This document shows positions 46,300 to 55,720 of a DNA stretch of 64,000 nt, piece after piece. Origin of the DNA: an uncultured Oscillibacter sp. (lineage in GTDB: Bacteria; Bacillota; Clostridia; Oscillospirales; Oscillospiraceae); assembly GCA_910579435.1 (NCBI GenBank), contig CAJTVF010000001.1:34412-98411 (forward strand), read 5' to 3'. The notes under the pieces are model-generated. The model did not search any database. It was not told the DNA's origin and saw nothing but the letters and a program-made list of their open reading frames with translations. Each line of letters starts with the position of its first letter. The first letter of the stretch is position 1. The translations under genes were made by a program, and so were the position numbers.

Positions 46300-47090
46300 T
46301 TGCCGATCTCCCGATAGGTTTCCCGAATCCTGGGAAACAGCCGCAGGCCGTTTTCCCAGGTAATTCGGGTCATCTCCTCCGGCGTGACGCCTTTCCACTC
46401 CGCCAGCTTCTCCATGACATAGGGAAGATACCGGCTGTCGTTCCGCTTCCCCCGGAAGGGCACCGGCGTGAGGTAGGGGGAATCCGTCTCCACCACGATG
46501 CGGTCCAGCGGCGTAACGGCGGCCACCTCCGGGGCCTTCTGGGCGTTCTTGTAGGTGATGGGCCCGTCGAAGCCCAAATACCAGCCCCGTTTTAAAAGCT
46601 CCTCCGCCATCTCGGGACTGCCGGAAAAGCAGTGGAACACCCCCCGCGCCTCGGGATAGTCCAGCACAATGGCCAGGGAATCCCCGTGGGCCTCCCGGTC
46701 GTGGACGATGACGGGCAGATCCAGCTCAATAGCCAGCTCAATCTGCCGCCGGAAGACCATCTGCTGGAACTCCTTGGAAGGGTTGTCCTTCCAATAATAA
46801 TCCAGGCCGATTTCTCCTACGGCCACCACCTTTTCGTGGCCGCAGAGCTTCCGGAGGGCGGCAAATTCCGCCTCGCCCGTCCCGGCGCAGTCGGAAGGGT
46901 GGATGCCAACAGCGGCGTAGACAAAGGGATACCGCTCCGCCAGGGCGATGGCTGCCTGGGAGCTCTCCAGCTCGCAGCCCGGGTCCACCACCAGCCCCAC
47001 CCCGGCGGTGGGAAGGGCGGAGAGGACCTGGTCCCGGTCGGCGTTGAAGCCGCCGGAGTCGTAATGGGCGTGTGTATCGAAAATAGGCAT
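46296..47090 (-). CDS. tatD: TatD-family hydrolase
   Basis: FDTHAH, GIHP, VGEIGLDYY, HDREAH, FHCFSG, ETDSPYL. Confidence 0.96.
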   Translation of the reverse strand: MPIFDTHAHYDSGGFNADRDQVLSALPTAGVGLVVDPGCELESSQAAIALAERYPFVYAAVGIHPSDCAGTGEAEFAALRKLCGHEKVVAVGEIGLDYYWKDNPSKEFQQMVFRRQIELAIELDLPVIVHDREAHGDSLAIVLDYPEARGVFHCFSGSPEMAEELLKRGWYLGFDGPITYKNAQKAPEVAAVTPLDRIVVETDSPYLTPVPFRGKRNDSRYLPYVMEKLAEWKGVTPEEMTRITWENGLRLFPRIRETYREIGK

Positions 47091-47206
47091 GGAAAATACC
47101 TCCTGGCAAAACAAAAAGGACATCCGGATGGATGCCCTTTTGGCCTGACGGCCTCCGGGCATTCACACGGAAGCGTCATTCCCCCGGGAACGGGGATATG
47201 TTGGGA

Positions 47207-47470
47207 TCAACCGATCCGATTGAGCTTCAGGGTCATGGCGCTCTTCTTGTGAGCGGCCGCGTTCTTGTGGAGAACACCCTTCGCCACAGCCTGATCGACC
47301 TTCTTCACCGCAACCTTGTAAGCGCCATCGGCATCGGTGCGATTGCCCTCCGCCGCGGCGGCCTCGAACTTTTTGATCGCGGTCTTGAGATCGGACTTCG
47401 TGGCCTTGTTGCGGGCGTTCCTCGCCTTCCCGATGAGGACGCGCTTCTTGGCAGACTTGATATTCGGCAA
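47207..47470 (-). CDS. rpsT: 30S ribosomal protein S20
   Basis: PNIKSAKKR...N...KS.LKTAIKK...LHKNAAA.KKS; TTG start with RBS AGGAGG. Confidence 0.97.
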   Translation of the reverse strand: MPNIKSAKKRVLIGKARNARNKATKSDLKTAIKKFEAAAAEGNRTDADGAYKVAVKKVDQAVAKGVLHKNAAAHKKSAMTLKLNRIG

Positions 47471-47715
47471 ACCAAACACCTCCTTTGGCCGTTGATTTCA
47501 TGCGGGCAGGACAAGTCCTACCGTACAGACCTATATTCTAGCAGGGAAAGCTCCAAAAAGCAAGGTTTTTTTTTCATATTTTCGTAAGATTATCAGAATC
47601 GGGATGGAGAACCCGCCCGCTGGAGGGCCTGCCCTTGGTTTTTCCGGCATTTTTCCAGGGGCAAGCTCATAAAATAGAGAAAAACAAGCCAAGACTCCAG
47701 AAGGAGGGGACGGAT

Positions 47716-48672
47716 ATGACTTCAAGGCAGGCGGGACGGCGAATCGCCGCAAGTACGCGGAGAAAGTCCAGGAGCGTCCGCGGCGGGGCCCGGAGGAGCG
47801 AGCCCCTGGCGGCGAAGGACCTGCGGCTGATGCTGCGGCTGGTGGCCTGCGGCGGCATCTTCGTGGCGCTGGTGGCGGCCAAGCTGCTGCTGCCGGCGAA
47901 GATGGCGGGGTTCAATGAAAAGCTCTCCGCCGCCATGGAGCGGAACATGGACGTTCAGGCGGTGTTCTCCGCCGTAGGCCGGGCCTTCTCCGGGGAGGAA
48001 GGGGTGGCGGAGGTCTACCAGGCGGTGTTCCATCCCCAGGAGGAGGCCGTCCAGACCGCAACCGGCGGGGAAGCGCCGGAGAAGTCGGAAAAGATGACCA
48101 CGCAAACGGCAAAGCTCCGGGACAGCGCAGCGCTGGACACGCTGCGGAGCTTCCGGGCGGAGAAGGAAGCAGCCCCGGAACCAGCGGCGGGCGGGCTCCA
48201 GCCGGCCTCCAACCTGGCCTATGTGCTCTATTCCCAGGAAAACCTTCCCGAGGGCGTCAGCATGGAGCAGGACCGGCTGGGCTTTGACTACTGCGTTCCG
48301 GTGGCGGGGACCCTGAGCTCGGACTTTGGCTACCGGGAACACCCCACGGAGGGGGAGGACCGCTTCCATTACGGCGTGGACCTGGCGGCGGACACCGGGA
48401 CGGAGGTGCTCTGCTTTGCCGACGGCACCGTCACCGCTGTGGGGGACAGCAGCAGCTATGGGCGCTACTGCGTCGTGTCCCACGAGGGGGGCTACTCCAC
48501 GCTTTACGCCCATTGCAGCCGCGTCACGGCCGCCTCCGGAACGGCGGTGGAGCGGGGGCAGAAGATTGCTGAAGTCGGAGAGACGGGCATGGCTACCGGG
48601 CCCCATCTTCACTTTGAGCTCCAGCGGGACGGCGTCTATCTGAATCCCATTTACTATGTCTCGTCCCTGTAG
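47716..48672 (+). CDS. Membrane-anchored M23 peptidase (SpoIVFA/SpoIIQ-like)
   Basis: Basic N-terminus, one TM helix, HYGVD, YAHC, TGPHLHFE; upstream of an M50 protease. Confidence 0.85.
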   Translation: MTSRQAGRRIAASTRRKSRSVRGGARRSEPLAAKDLRLMLRLVACGGIFVALVAAKLLLPAKMAGFNEKLSAAMERNMDVQAVFSAVGRAFSGEEGVAEVYQAVFHPQEEAVQTATGGEAPEKSEKMTTQTAKLRDSAALDTLRSFRAEKEAAPEPAAGGLQPASNLAYVLYSQENLPEGVSMEQDRLGFDYCVPVAGTLSSDFGYREHPTEGEDRFHYGVDLAADTGTEVLCFADGTVTAVGDSSSYGRYCVVSHEGGYSTLYAHCSRVTAASGTAVERGQKIAEVGETGMATGPHLHFELQRDGVYLNPIYYVSSL

Positions 48673-49249
48673 GGTCCGGGTCTCCGGAGGCTTTGTGCTG
48701 CTGGCCGCCTGGTTCGCCCTGGCCAACGGCTGGAAGCCCCTGGTCACAGTGCTGGGGGCCGCCGTTGTCCATGAAGCGGGGCACTGGCTGGTGCTCCGGC
48801 GCCAGGGAGCGGCGGTGACGTGCTTCCGCCTCAGCGTCCTGGGGGCGGCCATGGAGACGGACAGCGGGCGGTTGTCCTACGGCGGGGAGCTGGCGGCGGT
48901 GCTGGCGGGCCCCGCCGCGAACCTGCTGGCGGCGCTGGCCCTGACCGCCGTGGGAAAAGGGCGCTGGCCCGCCGCCGTGGGGGCGAATCTGGTGCTGTGC
49001 CTGTTCAACCTGCTGCCCATCCGCCCCTTGGACGGAGGCCGGGCGCTGTACCTGCTGGCTTCCTGGGCGGCGGGCCCGGCGGCTGGGGAGGCTGTATGCC
49101 GCTGGGCGGGGACCGTCACGGCGGCGGCTCTGGCGGCGCTGATCGGAGGGGTCATCTGGAGGACTGGGGGAAGCCTGTGGCTCCTGCCCGCGCTGTTTGC
49201 CGGGGTATTTTGGAGCGCACGGCCCTGGCTTCCCGGCGCGTATGTATGA
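48656..49249 (+). CDS. M50 site-2 protease (SpoIVFB-like)
   Basis: HEAGH, AGPAAN, NLLPIRPLDGG. Confidence 0.88.
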   Translation: MSRPCRVRVSGGFVLLAAWFALANGWKPLVTVLGAAVVHEAGHWLVLRRQGAAVTCFRLSVLGAAMETDSGRLSYGGELAAVLAGPAANLLAALALTAVGKGRWPAAVGANLVLCLFNLLPIRPLDGGRALYLLASWAAGPAAGEAVCRWAGTVTAAALAALIGGVIWRTGGSLWLLPALFAGVFWSARPWLPGAYV

Positions 49250-49288
49250 AAGCGCCCCGCGGCGCTGTCCGGGCCGCGGGGCGCTCCG

Positions 49289-49732
49289 TCAACCGGCCAG
49301 GGCTCCGGCCAGCCGCTCCAGGAGAAGACCGCCCAGGTCCTTCCGGCCGGCCTTGTCCTCGGTCAGGTCGGCCTGAAGGGCGGCGTAAGCCCGGGCGGAT
49401 CTCTCGATATCGGCGCCGTCCTCTTGGAGAGACTCGATCCAGGCGTCCAAATATTCCATGAGCTTTTCCCAGGACTGCTGTTCCTCCGTCTTCTCCTTGC
49501 TCAGCTCCATCCGGTTCAGCACCGTGCTCTTGAGGTCGAAGAGGGAGGAGAGAAGCTCGCTTTTGGTAAAGGCGGTCCGTCCGGAGCTTGCGGCGGGAGC
49601 GGGAGCCGGATTCGCCTGGGCGGCGGTTTGGAGCAGCCGGTCCTGGAAGGAGCCTCCCGCCGTTTGGGCGCGCCCGGCGGCGGGACGGCTTTCGGTACGG
49701 GGCTGGGAGCTGCTGAGGCCTTGAATACTCAT
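49289..49732 (-). CDS. Hypothetical protein
   Basis: 147-aa ORF with plausible RBS (AAGG); low-complexity N-terminus, helical C-terminus. Confidence 0.55.
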   Translation of the reverse strand: MSIQGLSSSQPRTESRPAAGRAQTAGGSFQDRLLQTAAQANPAPAPAASSGRTAFTKSELLSSLFDLKSTVLNRMELSKEKTEEQQSWEKLMEYLDAWIESLQEDGADIERSARAYAALQADLTEDKAGRKDLGGLLLERLAGALAG

Positions 49733-49846
49733 GGGGGCAACATCCTTTCTTTTTTCAATAAAAAAGCAGAAAGCGGCTGTGACGTATCACGGCCGCTTTC
49801 TGTTCCCTGCGGATTTGTCCTCCGCAGTCCGTTGCGAAGGGGCTTC

Positions 49847-51394
49847 TTATTTCGCGTACTCGACCACTTTGGTCTCCCGGAGGACGTGGACCTTGATCTG
49901 ACCGGGGTACTCCATTTCCTCCTCGATCTTCTTGGCCAGGTCCCGGGCCAGAATGACCATCTGATCCTCGGATACCTGCTCGGGCTTCACCATGACCCGG
50001 ACCTCGCGGCCCGCCTGGATGGCGAAGGCCTTATCCACGCCGGGATAGGAGCCGGTGATGGTCTCAAGCTGCTCCAGGCGCTTGATGTAGTTCTCCAGGT
50101 TCTCCCGGCGGGCGCCGGGCCGGGCGGCGGAAATGGCGTCTGCGGCCTGGACCAGGCAGGCGATGATGGTCCTGGGCTCCACATCGTTGTGGTGGGCCTC
50201 GATGGCGTGGATGATGTCTTCCTTTTCCTTATACTTCCGGGCGAATTCCACGCCCAGGGCCACGTGGGTGCCCTCCATCTCATGGTCCACGGACTTGCCC
50301 AGGTCGTGGAGCAGGCCCGCCCGCTTGGCGGCCTGGACGTCCACGCCCAGCTCTGCGGCCATCATGCCGGCGATGTGGCTGACCTCCACGGAGTGCTGGA
50401 GGACGTTTTGTCCGTAGCTGGTGCGGTAGTGAAGGCGGCCCAGCATCTTTACCAGCTCCGGGTGGAGGCTGCGGACGCCGCACTCAAAGACGACCCGCTC
50501 GCCCTCGGCCTTGATGGTGGCGTCCACCTCCCGGCGGGCCTTTTCCACCATCTCCTCGATGTGGGTGGGATGGATGCGCCCGTCGGAGATCAGTTTCTCC
50601 AGGGCAAGGCGGGCGATCTCCCGGCGCACCGGCTCGAAGCAGGAGACGGTAATGGCCTCCGGCGTGTCGTCGATGATGAGGTCTACGCCCGTCAGGGTCT
50701 CGATGGTGCGGATATTCCGGCCTTCCCGGCCGATGATCCGGCCCTTCATCTCGTCATTGGGCAGGGGAACCACACTGACGGTCATATCGGCCACCTGGTC
50801 GGCGGCGCAGCGCTGGATGGCCTGGGCCACAATTTCCCGGGCCCGGGCGTCGCACTCCTCCTTCATCCGGGACTCCACCTCTTTGATCTTGAGGGCGGTC
50901 TCATGGGTGACTTCGGCCTCCACCTGGTCGATGAGGTACTGCTTCGCCTCCTCGGTGGTGAAGCCGGAGATGCGCTCCAGCATTTCGGTCTGGCCGCGCT
51001 TGACAAGCTTGATCTCTTCGGCCTCCTTGTCGATGGCGGCATGCTTCTGGGTCAGGGACTCTTCTTTCTTTTCCACGGCCTCGATCTTCCGGTCGAGGTT
51101 TTCCTCCTTCTGCTGCAGGCGGTTCTCCTGCCGCTGAAGGTCGGCGCGGCGTTCCTTGACTTCCTTTTCGTACTCGCTGCGGTTTTTTAAGATCTCCTCC
51201 TTGGCTTCCAGCAGGGCCTCGCGCTTTTTGGATTCGGCGCTTTTGATGGCCTCGTTGACGATGCGCTTTCCCTCTTCCTCGGCGCTGGAGATTTCTTTTT
51301 CAGAGACGTTCTTCCGATAGCGAATACCAAGCGGGAAGCAGATCACGCCGCCGACCACCAACCCGATGAGAAGGGTGATGATGCTCTGAATCAC
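49847..51394 (-). CDS. rny: Ribonuclease Y
   Basis: N-terminal TM, coiled coil, KH ([13 protein letters not shown]), HD (GLLHDLGK); GTG start at 51394 with GGAGG. Confidence 0.98.
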   Translation of the reverse strand: MIQSIITLLIGLVVGGVICFPLGIRYRKNVSEKEISSAEEEGKRIVNEAIKSAESKKREALLEAKEEILKNRSEYEKEVKERRADLQRQENRLQQKEENLDRKIEAVEKKEESLTQKHAAIDKEAEEIKLVKRGQTEMLERISGFTTEEAKQYLIDQVEAEVTHETALKIKEVESRMKEECDARAREIVAQAIQRCAADQVADMTVSVVPLPNDEMKGRIIGREGRNIRTIETLTGVDLIIDDTPEAITVSCFEPVRREIARLALEKLISDGRIHPTHIEEMVEKARREVDATIKAEGERVVFECGVRSLHPELVKMLGRLHYRTSYGQNVLQHSVEVSHIAGMMAAELGVDVQAAKRAGLLHDLGKSVDHEMEGTHVALGVEFARKYKEKEDIIHAIEAHHNDVEPRTIIACLVQAADAISAARPGARRENLENYIKRLEQLETITGSYPGVDKAFAIQAGREVRVMVKPEQVSEDQMVILARDLAKKIEEEMEYPGQIKVHVLRETKVVEYAK

Positions 51395-51719
51395 GGCTGC
51401 TGATTCCTCCATTCCATGTTTGGTATTGCCGCAGGAAGCCCGCTTCAAAAAACCGTCAACACGCCCGTACGGCGGAGGGGATTTCTCTCCCTCCAAGGGC
51501 ATGGATGTCCCCGGGGCGGTATGGCCGCCGGCGGTTTTTGGACATGGGTTGTTCCTTGTGCTCCGCCCGCGCCCCGAATGGGGGGCGCTTGTGTTCCGGG
51601 GGCGGAATAACTTTCGCTGTTGGGCGTATTGCCGGCTTCCAAAACAGGACCTGCGGACAGGAGCGTTTTAGAAAACGACCGGTGGGCACCCCTTTGCCCT
51701 CCGACGGCAATCTGCCTTT

Positions 51720-51748
51720 AGTTTAAACGTTTACTGGACCGCTGTCAA
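51720..51748 (-). promoter_or_regulatory. Promoter about 325 nt upstream of rny
   Basis: TTGACA, 17 nt, TAAACT. Confidence 0.6.
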
Positions 51749-51836
51749 GCAAAATCCTCAAACCGGCGGCAAAATCAGAAGAAAATTTTGGCAGGACCGG
51801 AAAAAGCTTCCCTCCGGCTGCGGAAAAGGAGGCCGC

Positions 51837-52577
51837 TCAGGTGTCGATAAACGCCGCCGCGGCGTAGCCCACATGGCCGTCGTGGTGGACGACATACCAG
51901 CCCTGCCACTCGCCGTAAATGGTCACTTCGGCGCCGTTGGGGAGATTCGCGAGGATGGTTCCGGTGGGGGAGGGATAACTCCGCAGGTTCAGCGTCCCCC
52001 AGTTGACGGCTACCCTGCCCTGAATGGGGTCCGTGGGGTAGATGAAGGGAAGGCCGAAGAACTCCGTGAGGGCCCGGGCCAGCTGCTGGGCGATGGCGTC
52101 CATGTGCCCCTCCACCCAGGTGGCGTCGGACCAGTTGTCGTGGTAGCCGATCTCCACCAGCACCGCCGGGGCGTTGGACTGGGCCACTTCGCCCAGGGTG
52201 GTGGTGGAGCGGGTGGTGACCTTGTTGGGAAGGGGGTAGATCTTCCGCAGCTCCTGGGCGATGAGCTCCGCCGCCCGCTGGCCCTGGCGGCTGCCGGGAT
52301 AGTAAAAGGCGATGATGCCCCGCTCCTCGCCATAGCGCCCCTCCGGCGCGCCGTTGGAGTGCAGGGCCAGATAGAGGTCGTAGGTGCCCCGGTTGGCCTC
52401 CCGGATGGAGGACCCGGCGGTCATATCGGGCGTGTTCCGCTTGTATTGGATGCCGTTGGACAGCAGGTAGGGGACCAGGGCATCCGCCAGCAGGTTCATA
52501 TTGTATTCCTCCGAGCCGCTGCCGGTGACGTAGCTGTTCCACTCCTGTGTGGACGGGCTTAAATAAATCGTGGGCAT
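51837..52577 (-). CDS. N-acetylmuramoyl-L-alanine amidase (Amidase_3) with C-terminal SH3b
   Basis: IYLSPSTQE, ALHSN, LVEIGYHDN, then LNLRSYPS...WYVV...GYAAA.FI. Confidence 0.9.
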   Translation of the reverse strand: MPTIYLSPSTQEWNSYVTGSGSEEYNMNLLADALVPYLLSNGIQYKRNTPDMTAGSSIREANRGTYDLYLALHSNGAPEGRYGEERGIIAFYYPGSRQGQRAAELIAQELRKIYPLPNKVTTRSTTTLGEVAQSNAPAVLVEIGYHDNWSDATWVEGHMDAIAQQLARALTEFFGLPFIYPTDPIQGRVAVNWGTLNLRSYPSPTGTILANLPNGAEVTIYGEWQGWYVVHHDGHVGYAAAAFIDT

Positions 52578-52663
52578 AGCAATTCCTCCTTACTGAATCC
52601 TATGGCAAAGCCGCTGAAAGTGTGATACACTGGGGAGGAAAAAAGCCGGGAGGTTCTTGAATT

Positions 52664-53893
52664 ATGAAAGCAGAGCGCGCGTATCCCATTGTCACCGTGA
52701 CGCCGAAGGCCGAGGCGGCCATTCTCCGGGGGCACCCCTGGGTCTATGACGCGGAACTTTTATCTATGGACGGATCGCCGGAAAACGGCGGCCTGGTGGA
52801 CGTGCGGAGCCGGAAGGGCGCGTATCTCGGCACCGGGTTCCTGTCGGAGGCGTCGAAAATCCGTGTCCGCCTGGTCTCCCGGAACGCCAACGACCGTTTT
52901 GACGCCGCTTTCTGGGAGCGGAAGCTCCGCTGGGCCTGGGAGTACCGGAAGACCGTCATGGCCCCCGGGGACCTGGACGCCTGCCGGATCATCTTCGGCG
53001 AGGCGGACATGTTTCCCGGCCTGACGGTGGACAAGTTCCACGACCTCCTCAGCGTCCAGGTGCTGTCTGTGGGCATGGAGAAGGTCAAGGACCTGCTGCT
53101 TCCCCTGCTGGTCCGCGTCCTCCGGGAGGACGGGCAGACGGTCCGGGGGGTGTTTGAGCGCAATGACGTTGCTTTACGGGAGAAAGAGGGCCTGCCCCAG
53201 TGCAAGGGCTGGTTCCCGCTGCCGGGGGAGGCCCCGCCGGGATCTCCGGTGACGGAGATCGTGGAAAATGGGGTGCGCTATTTAGTGGATGTAGAAAACG
53301 GCCAGAAAACCGGATTTTTTCTGGACCAGAAGTACAACCGCCGTGCGGTGGGGCGGCTGGCGGAGGGGAAGACGGTGCTGGACTGCTTCACCCACACCGG
53401 TTCCTTTGCCCTGAACGCCGCTATGGGCGGGGCGAAGCATGTCACCGCTGTGGACGTGTCGGCCTCCGCCGTGGAGATGGCCCGGGCCAACGCGGAGCGA
53501 AACGGCTTGGGCGGCGTGGTGGACTGCGTGGCCGCCAACGTCTTCGAGCTGCTCCCGGCGCTGGAAAAAGAGCCGGTGAAATACGATTTCATCATCCTGG
53601 ACCCGCCGGCCTTTACGAAGTCCCGGAGGACGGCGGCGAACGCGATGGCGGGATATAAGGAGATTAACTACCGGGCCATGAAGCTGCTGCCCAGGGGCGG
53701 GTATCTGGCTACCTGCTCCTGCTCCCACTTCGCGGAGGAGGAGAAGTTCGCGGCCATGCTGCATTCCGCCGCCCGGGACGCCGGGGTCCGCCTCCGGCAG
53801 ATCGAGGCCCGGCAGCAGAGCTGCGACCACCCCATTTTGTGGGGCGTGGAGGAGACGAACTATTTGAAATTCTTTTTGTTTCAAGTAGTGTAA
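52664..53893 (+). CDS. RlmI/YwbD-like class I SAM-dependent rRNA methyltransferase
   Basis: PUA-like GHPWVY, GQKTGFFLDQK, LDCFTHTGSF, ILDPPAF, TCSCS. Confidence 0.9.
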   Translation: MKAERAYPIVTVTPKAEAAILRGHPWVYDAELLSMDGSPENGGLVDVRSRKGAYLGTGFLSEASKIRVRLVSRNANDRFDAAFWERKLRWAWEYRKTVMAPGDLDACRIIFGEADMFPGLTVDKFHDLLSVQVLSVGMEKVKDLLLPLLVRVLREDGQTVRGVFERNDVALREKEGLPQCKGWFPLPGEAPPGSPVTEIVENGVRYLVDVENGQKTGFFLDQKYNRRAVGRLAEGKTVLDCFTHTGSFALNAAMGGAKHVTAVDVSASAVEMARANAERNGLGGVVDCVAANVFELLPALEKEPVKYDFIILDPPAFTKSRRTAANAMAGYKEINYRAMKLLPRGGYLATCSCSHFAEEEKFAAMLHSAARDAGVRLRQIEARQQSCDHPILWGVEETNYLKFFLFQVV

Positions 53894-53908
53894 AGGAGAA
53901 TTACTTTC

Positions 53909-54718
53909 GTGAAGAAAGTGGGGGATTTTGTGCGCCAGCGACACGGAACTCGCGCCTTTTTTGGAGAACATGAAGATCAGCTGGGTTACGGAAAAGGCGA
54001 TGCTTCGCTTCCATGAGGGAACTATAGGAGGCATTCCCGCCGCAGCGGTATACAGCGGCGTGTGCAAGGTGAATGCCGCCATAGCGGCGGAGCTGCTGGT
54101 GGAAGTTTTCGGCGTGGACGCGGTGATTATTACTTCCGAACTGAAAGGTCGGAAGTAATATGTGCCATGTTTTGCGGTTGCCGCTGTAAACAGCGGCGAG
54201 CAAAACGGCTTGAATCAAATTTATTATTTCCGAGCTTTAAACTCGGAAATAATAACGCCGGAACAGCCGGGGGATCGACCCGAGGGTCAGGCCGTTCGAT
54301 ACGGTGGTCGCGGAGCGGTCGGTTTATCATGATGTGGCGGGGGATGTGCTGACAGACTTTCATCCGTGGCTGCCATCGGTTTATTTTCCATCGGACGAGG
54401 GGCTGCTTTCCGCCGGGAAAAAATACGCGGAAACGGCAAAGCGCCCCATTTTATTTGGAACAATCGCCACGGGCGAGTTCTTTGTTGAAAATCAGGACCG
54501 GGAACGCATTCGTCAATACTGCGCCTCCCTGGCGGCGGATATGGAAACGGCAGGCGCCGCCCCATGTGTGCTATGTGAACCGGATCCCCTTTTTGGCGGT
54601 AAGGAGCATTACCGATACCAGCGGGGACATCGGGGCGGAAGCCTTTGATCGAAACTGTGAGCGGGCCTCCGAAATCGCGGCGGAAGTTACGAGCGGGCTG
54701 CTGCGGTCATGGATTTGA
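53909..54718 (+). pseudogene. mtnN: 5'-methylthioadenosine/SAH nucleosidase pseudogene
   Basis: Fragments SGVCKVNAA, (I)NAGTAGG, GTIATGEFF, DMETAG, FLAVRSITD. Frameshifts at G runs 53920-53924 and 54269-54273 and near 54560, plus a 123-bp insertion. Confidence 0.88.
54130..54252. mobile_element. 123-bp miniature element with two 29-bp palindromic ends, flanked by TA
   Basis: TTACTTCCGA-N9-TCGGAAGTAA and TTATTTCCGA-N9-TCGGAAATAA; removal restores GTG ATT AAC GCC (VINA). Confidence 0.8.
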
Positions 54719-54804
54719 TCTGGGGTTGTTTGCCCCCCCCCCAAAACGCCTTGACTGTCAGAAAAATCCGCCTTGATCCGGCATCCCCCGGCTTTCAAAC
54801 AGAC

Positions 54805-55323
54805 CTAGGGAAACACCGCCGCCCGCATTCCCTTCAGGTCCCCCGTGACCCGGAGGAACCAGAGGGAGCAGACCGCATCGGCGGTAAAAACCAGCAGGAA
54901 AAGATAGGCCAGCCATGCCGGAGCCGCCGCTGCCAGCGCCGCCGCGCCCGGCTGGACGAACCGCACTGCCGCCCACACCAGAGCCCCCCAGGCCAGGGTG
55001 AAGGGCAGGCAGACCCGTCCCCGGAGATTCCCGGGGACCCCGGTATAGTCCCAGAACCGGACGCCCAGAAACCGCTCCCCGGCCCAGTGGTAGGCGTACT
55101 CCACCGCCGTGGCCGCCAGGCCGCCGGAGACGGCCAGCGCCAACCCGCCCATAGGCGGCAGGGCCAGGACTGCCAGCATTCCCAGCCCGTACACCGGGCA
55201 CAGGGGCAGAAGCAGCAGGCAGCGCCGCCGCTTCTCCTCCGACCGGGAAGCGGCGGCGAAGGCCAGCTCCGTCAGCCAGCCCAGAAAGCTGTAAATCCAA
55301 AAATACCAGAGCAGGGGAGCCAT
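54805..55323 (-). CDS. Putative ABC-transporter permease-like membrane protein (CmpB-like)
   Basis: YSFLGWL.E, LCPVYGLG, EY.......G.RFWDY......L.GRVCL.F...WG. Confidence 0.8.
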   Translation of the reverse strand: MAPLLWYFWIYSFLGWLTELAFAAASRSEEKRRRCLLLLPLCPVYGLGMLAVLALPPMGGLALAVSGGLAATAVEYAYHWAGERFLGVRFWDYTGVPGNLRGRVCLPFTLAWGALVWAAVRFVQPGAAALAAAAPAWLAYLFLLVFTADAVCSLWFLRVTGDLKGMRAAVFP

Positions 55324-55438
55324 CGTATCACCTCGGCTACAGTGTCCCCGGAGGACAGAACGGTATCCGCCTCTTGCGCCGGTAGTTTTTTCATGGTACA
55401 ATGGTCGAAAAGCAGCGAAAAAGATAGACTAACTATTA

Positions 55439-55599
55439 GGCCTTGTTTGAAAAAAGTCTAAACGCCCAAAACGGCGGATCATTTTCCGCCACTCTGCGTT
55501 AAATTTTCTTGCCGGGCGTCAGCCCGCCCGCGAAAATTTGCCTTGATTGGCGAAAAAATCTCTCACCGTTGGGCATTCCGTCAATTTTCAAACAAGGCC
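55439..55599. mobile_element. MITE type B, copy 1 (161 bp), inserted in the IS110 end
   Basis: Perfect 15-bp TIR GGCCTTGTTTGAAAA, TA on both flanks; near-identical to 59383-59543. Confidence 0.92.
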
Positions 55600-55720
55600 T
55601 AAAAGTCAAGCTCTGAAATGATGAAAATTGAAAGAGTGGATACAGAAACATAAGACGGAAAAAAGGGAGCAAGAAAGTAGGCATCCGTGAGGACACCAAG
55701 ACAAGAGGTATTGGAGCGAG

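Noticed and set aside
51395-51719. 6S RNA upstream of rny
   Set aside because: I could not see the long rod with central bubble; kept only as an unassigned leader.
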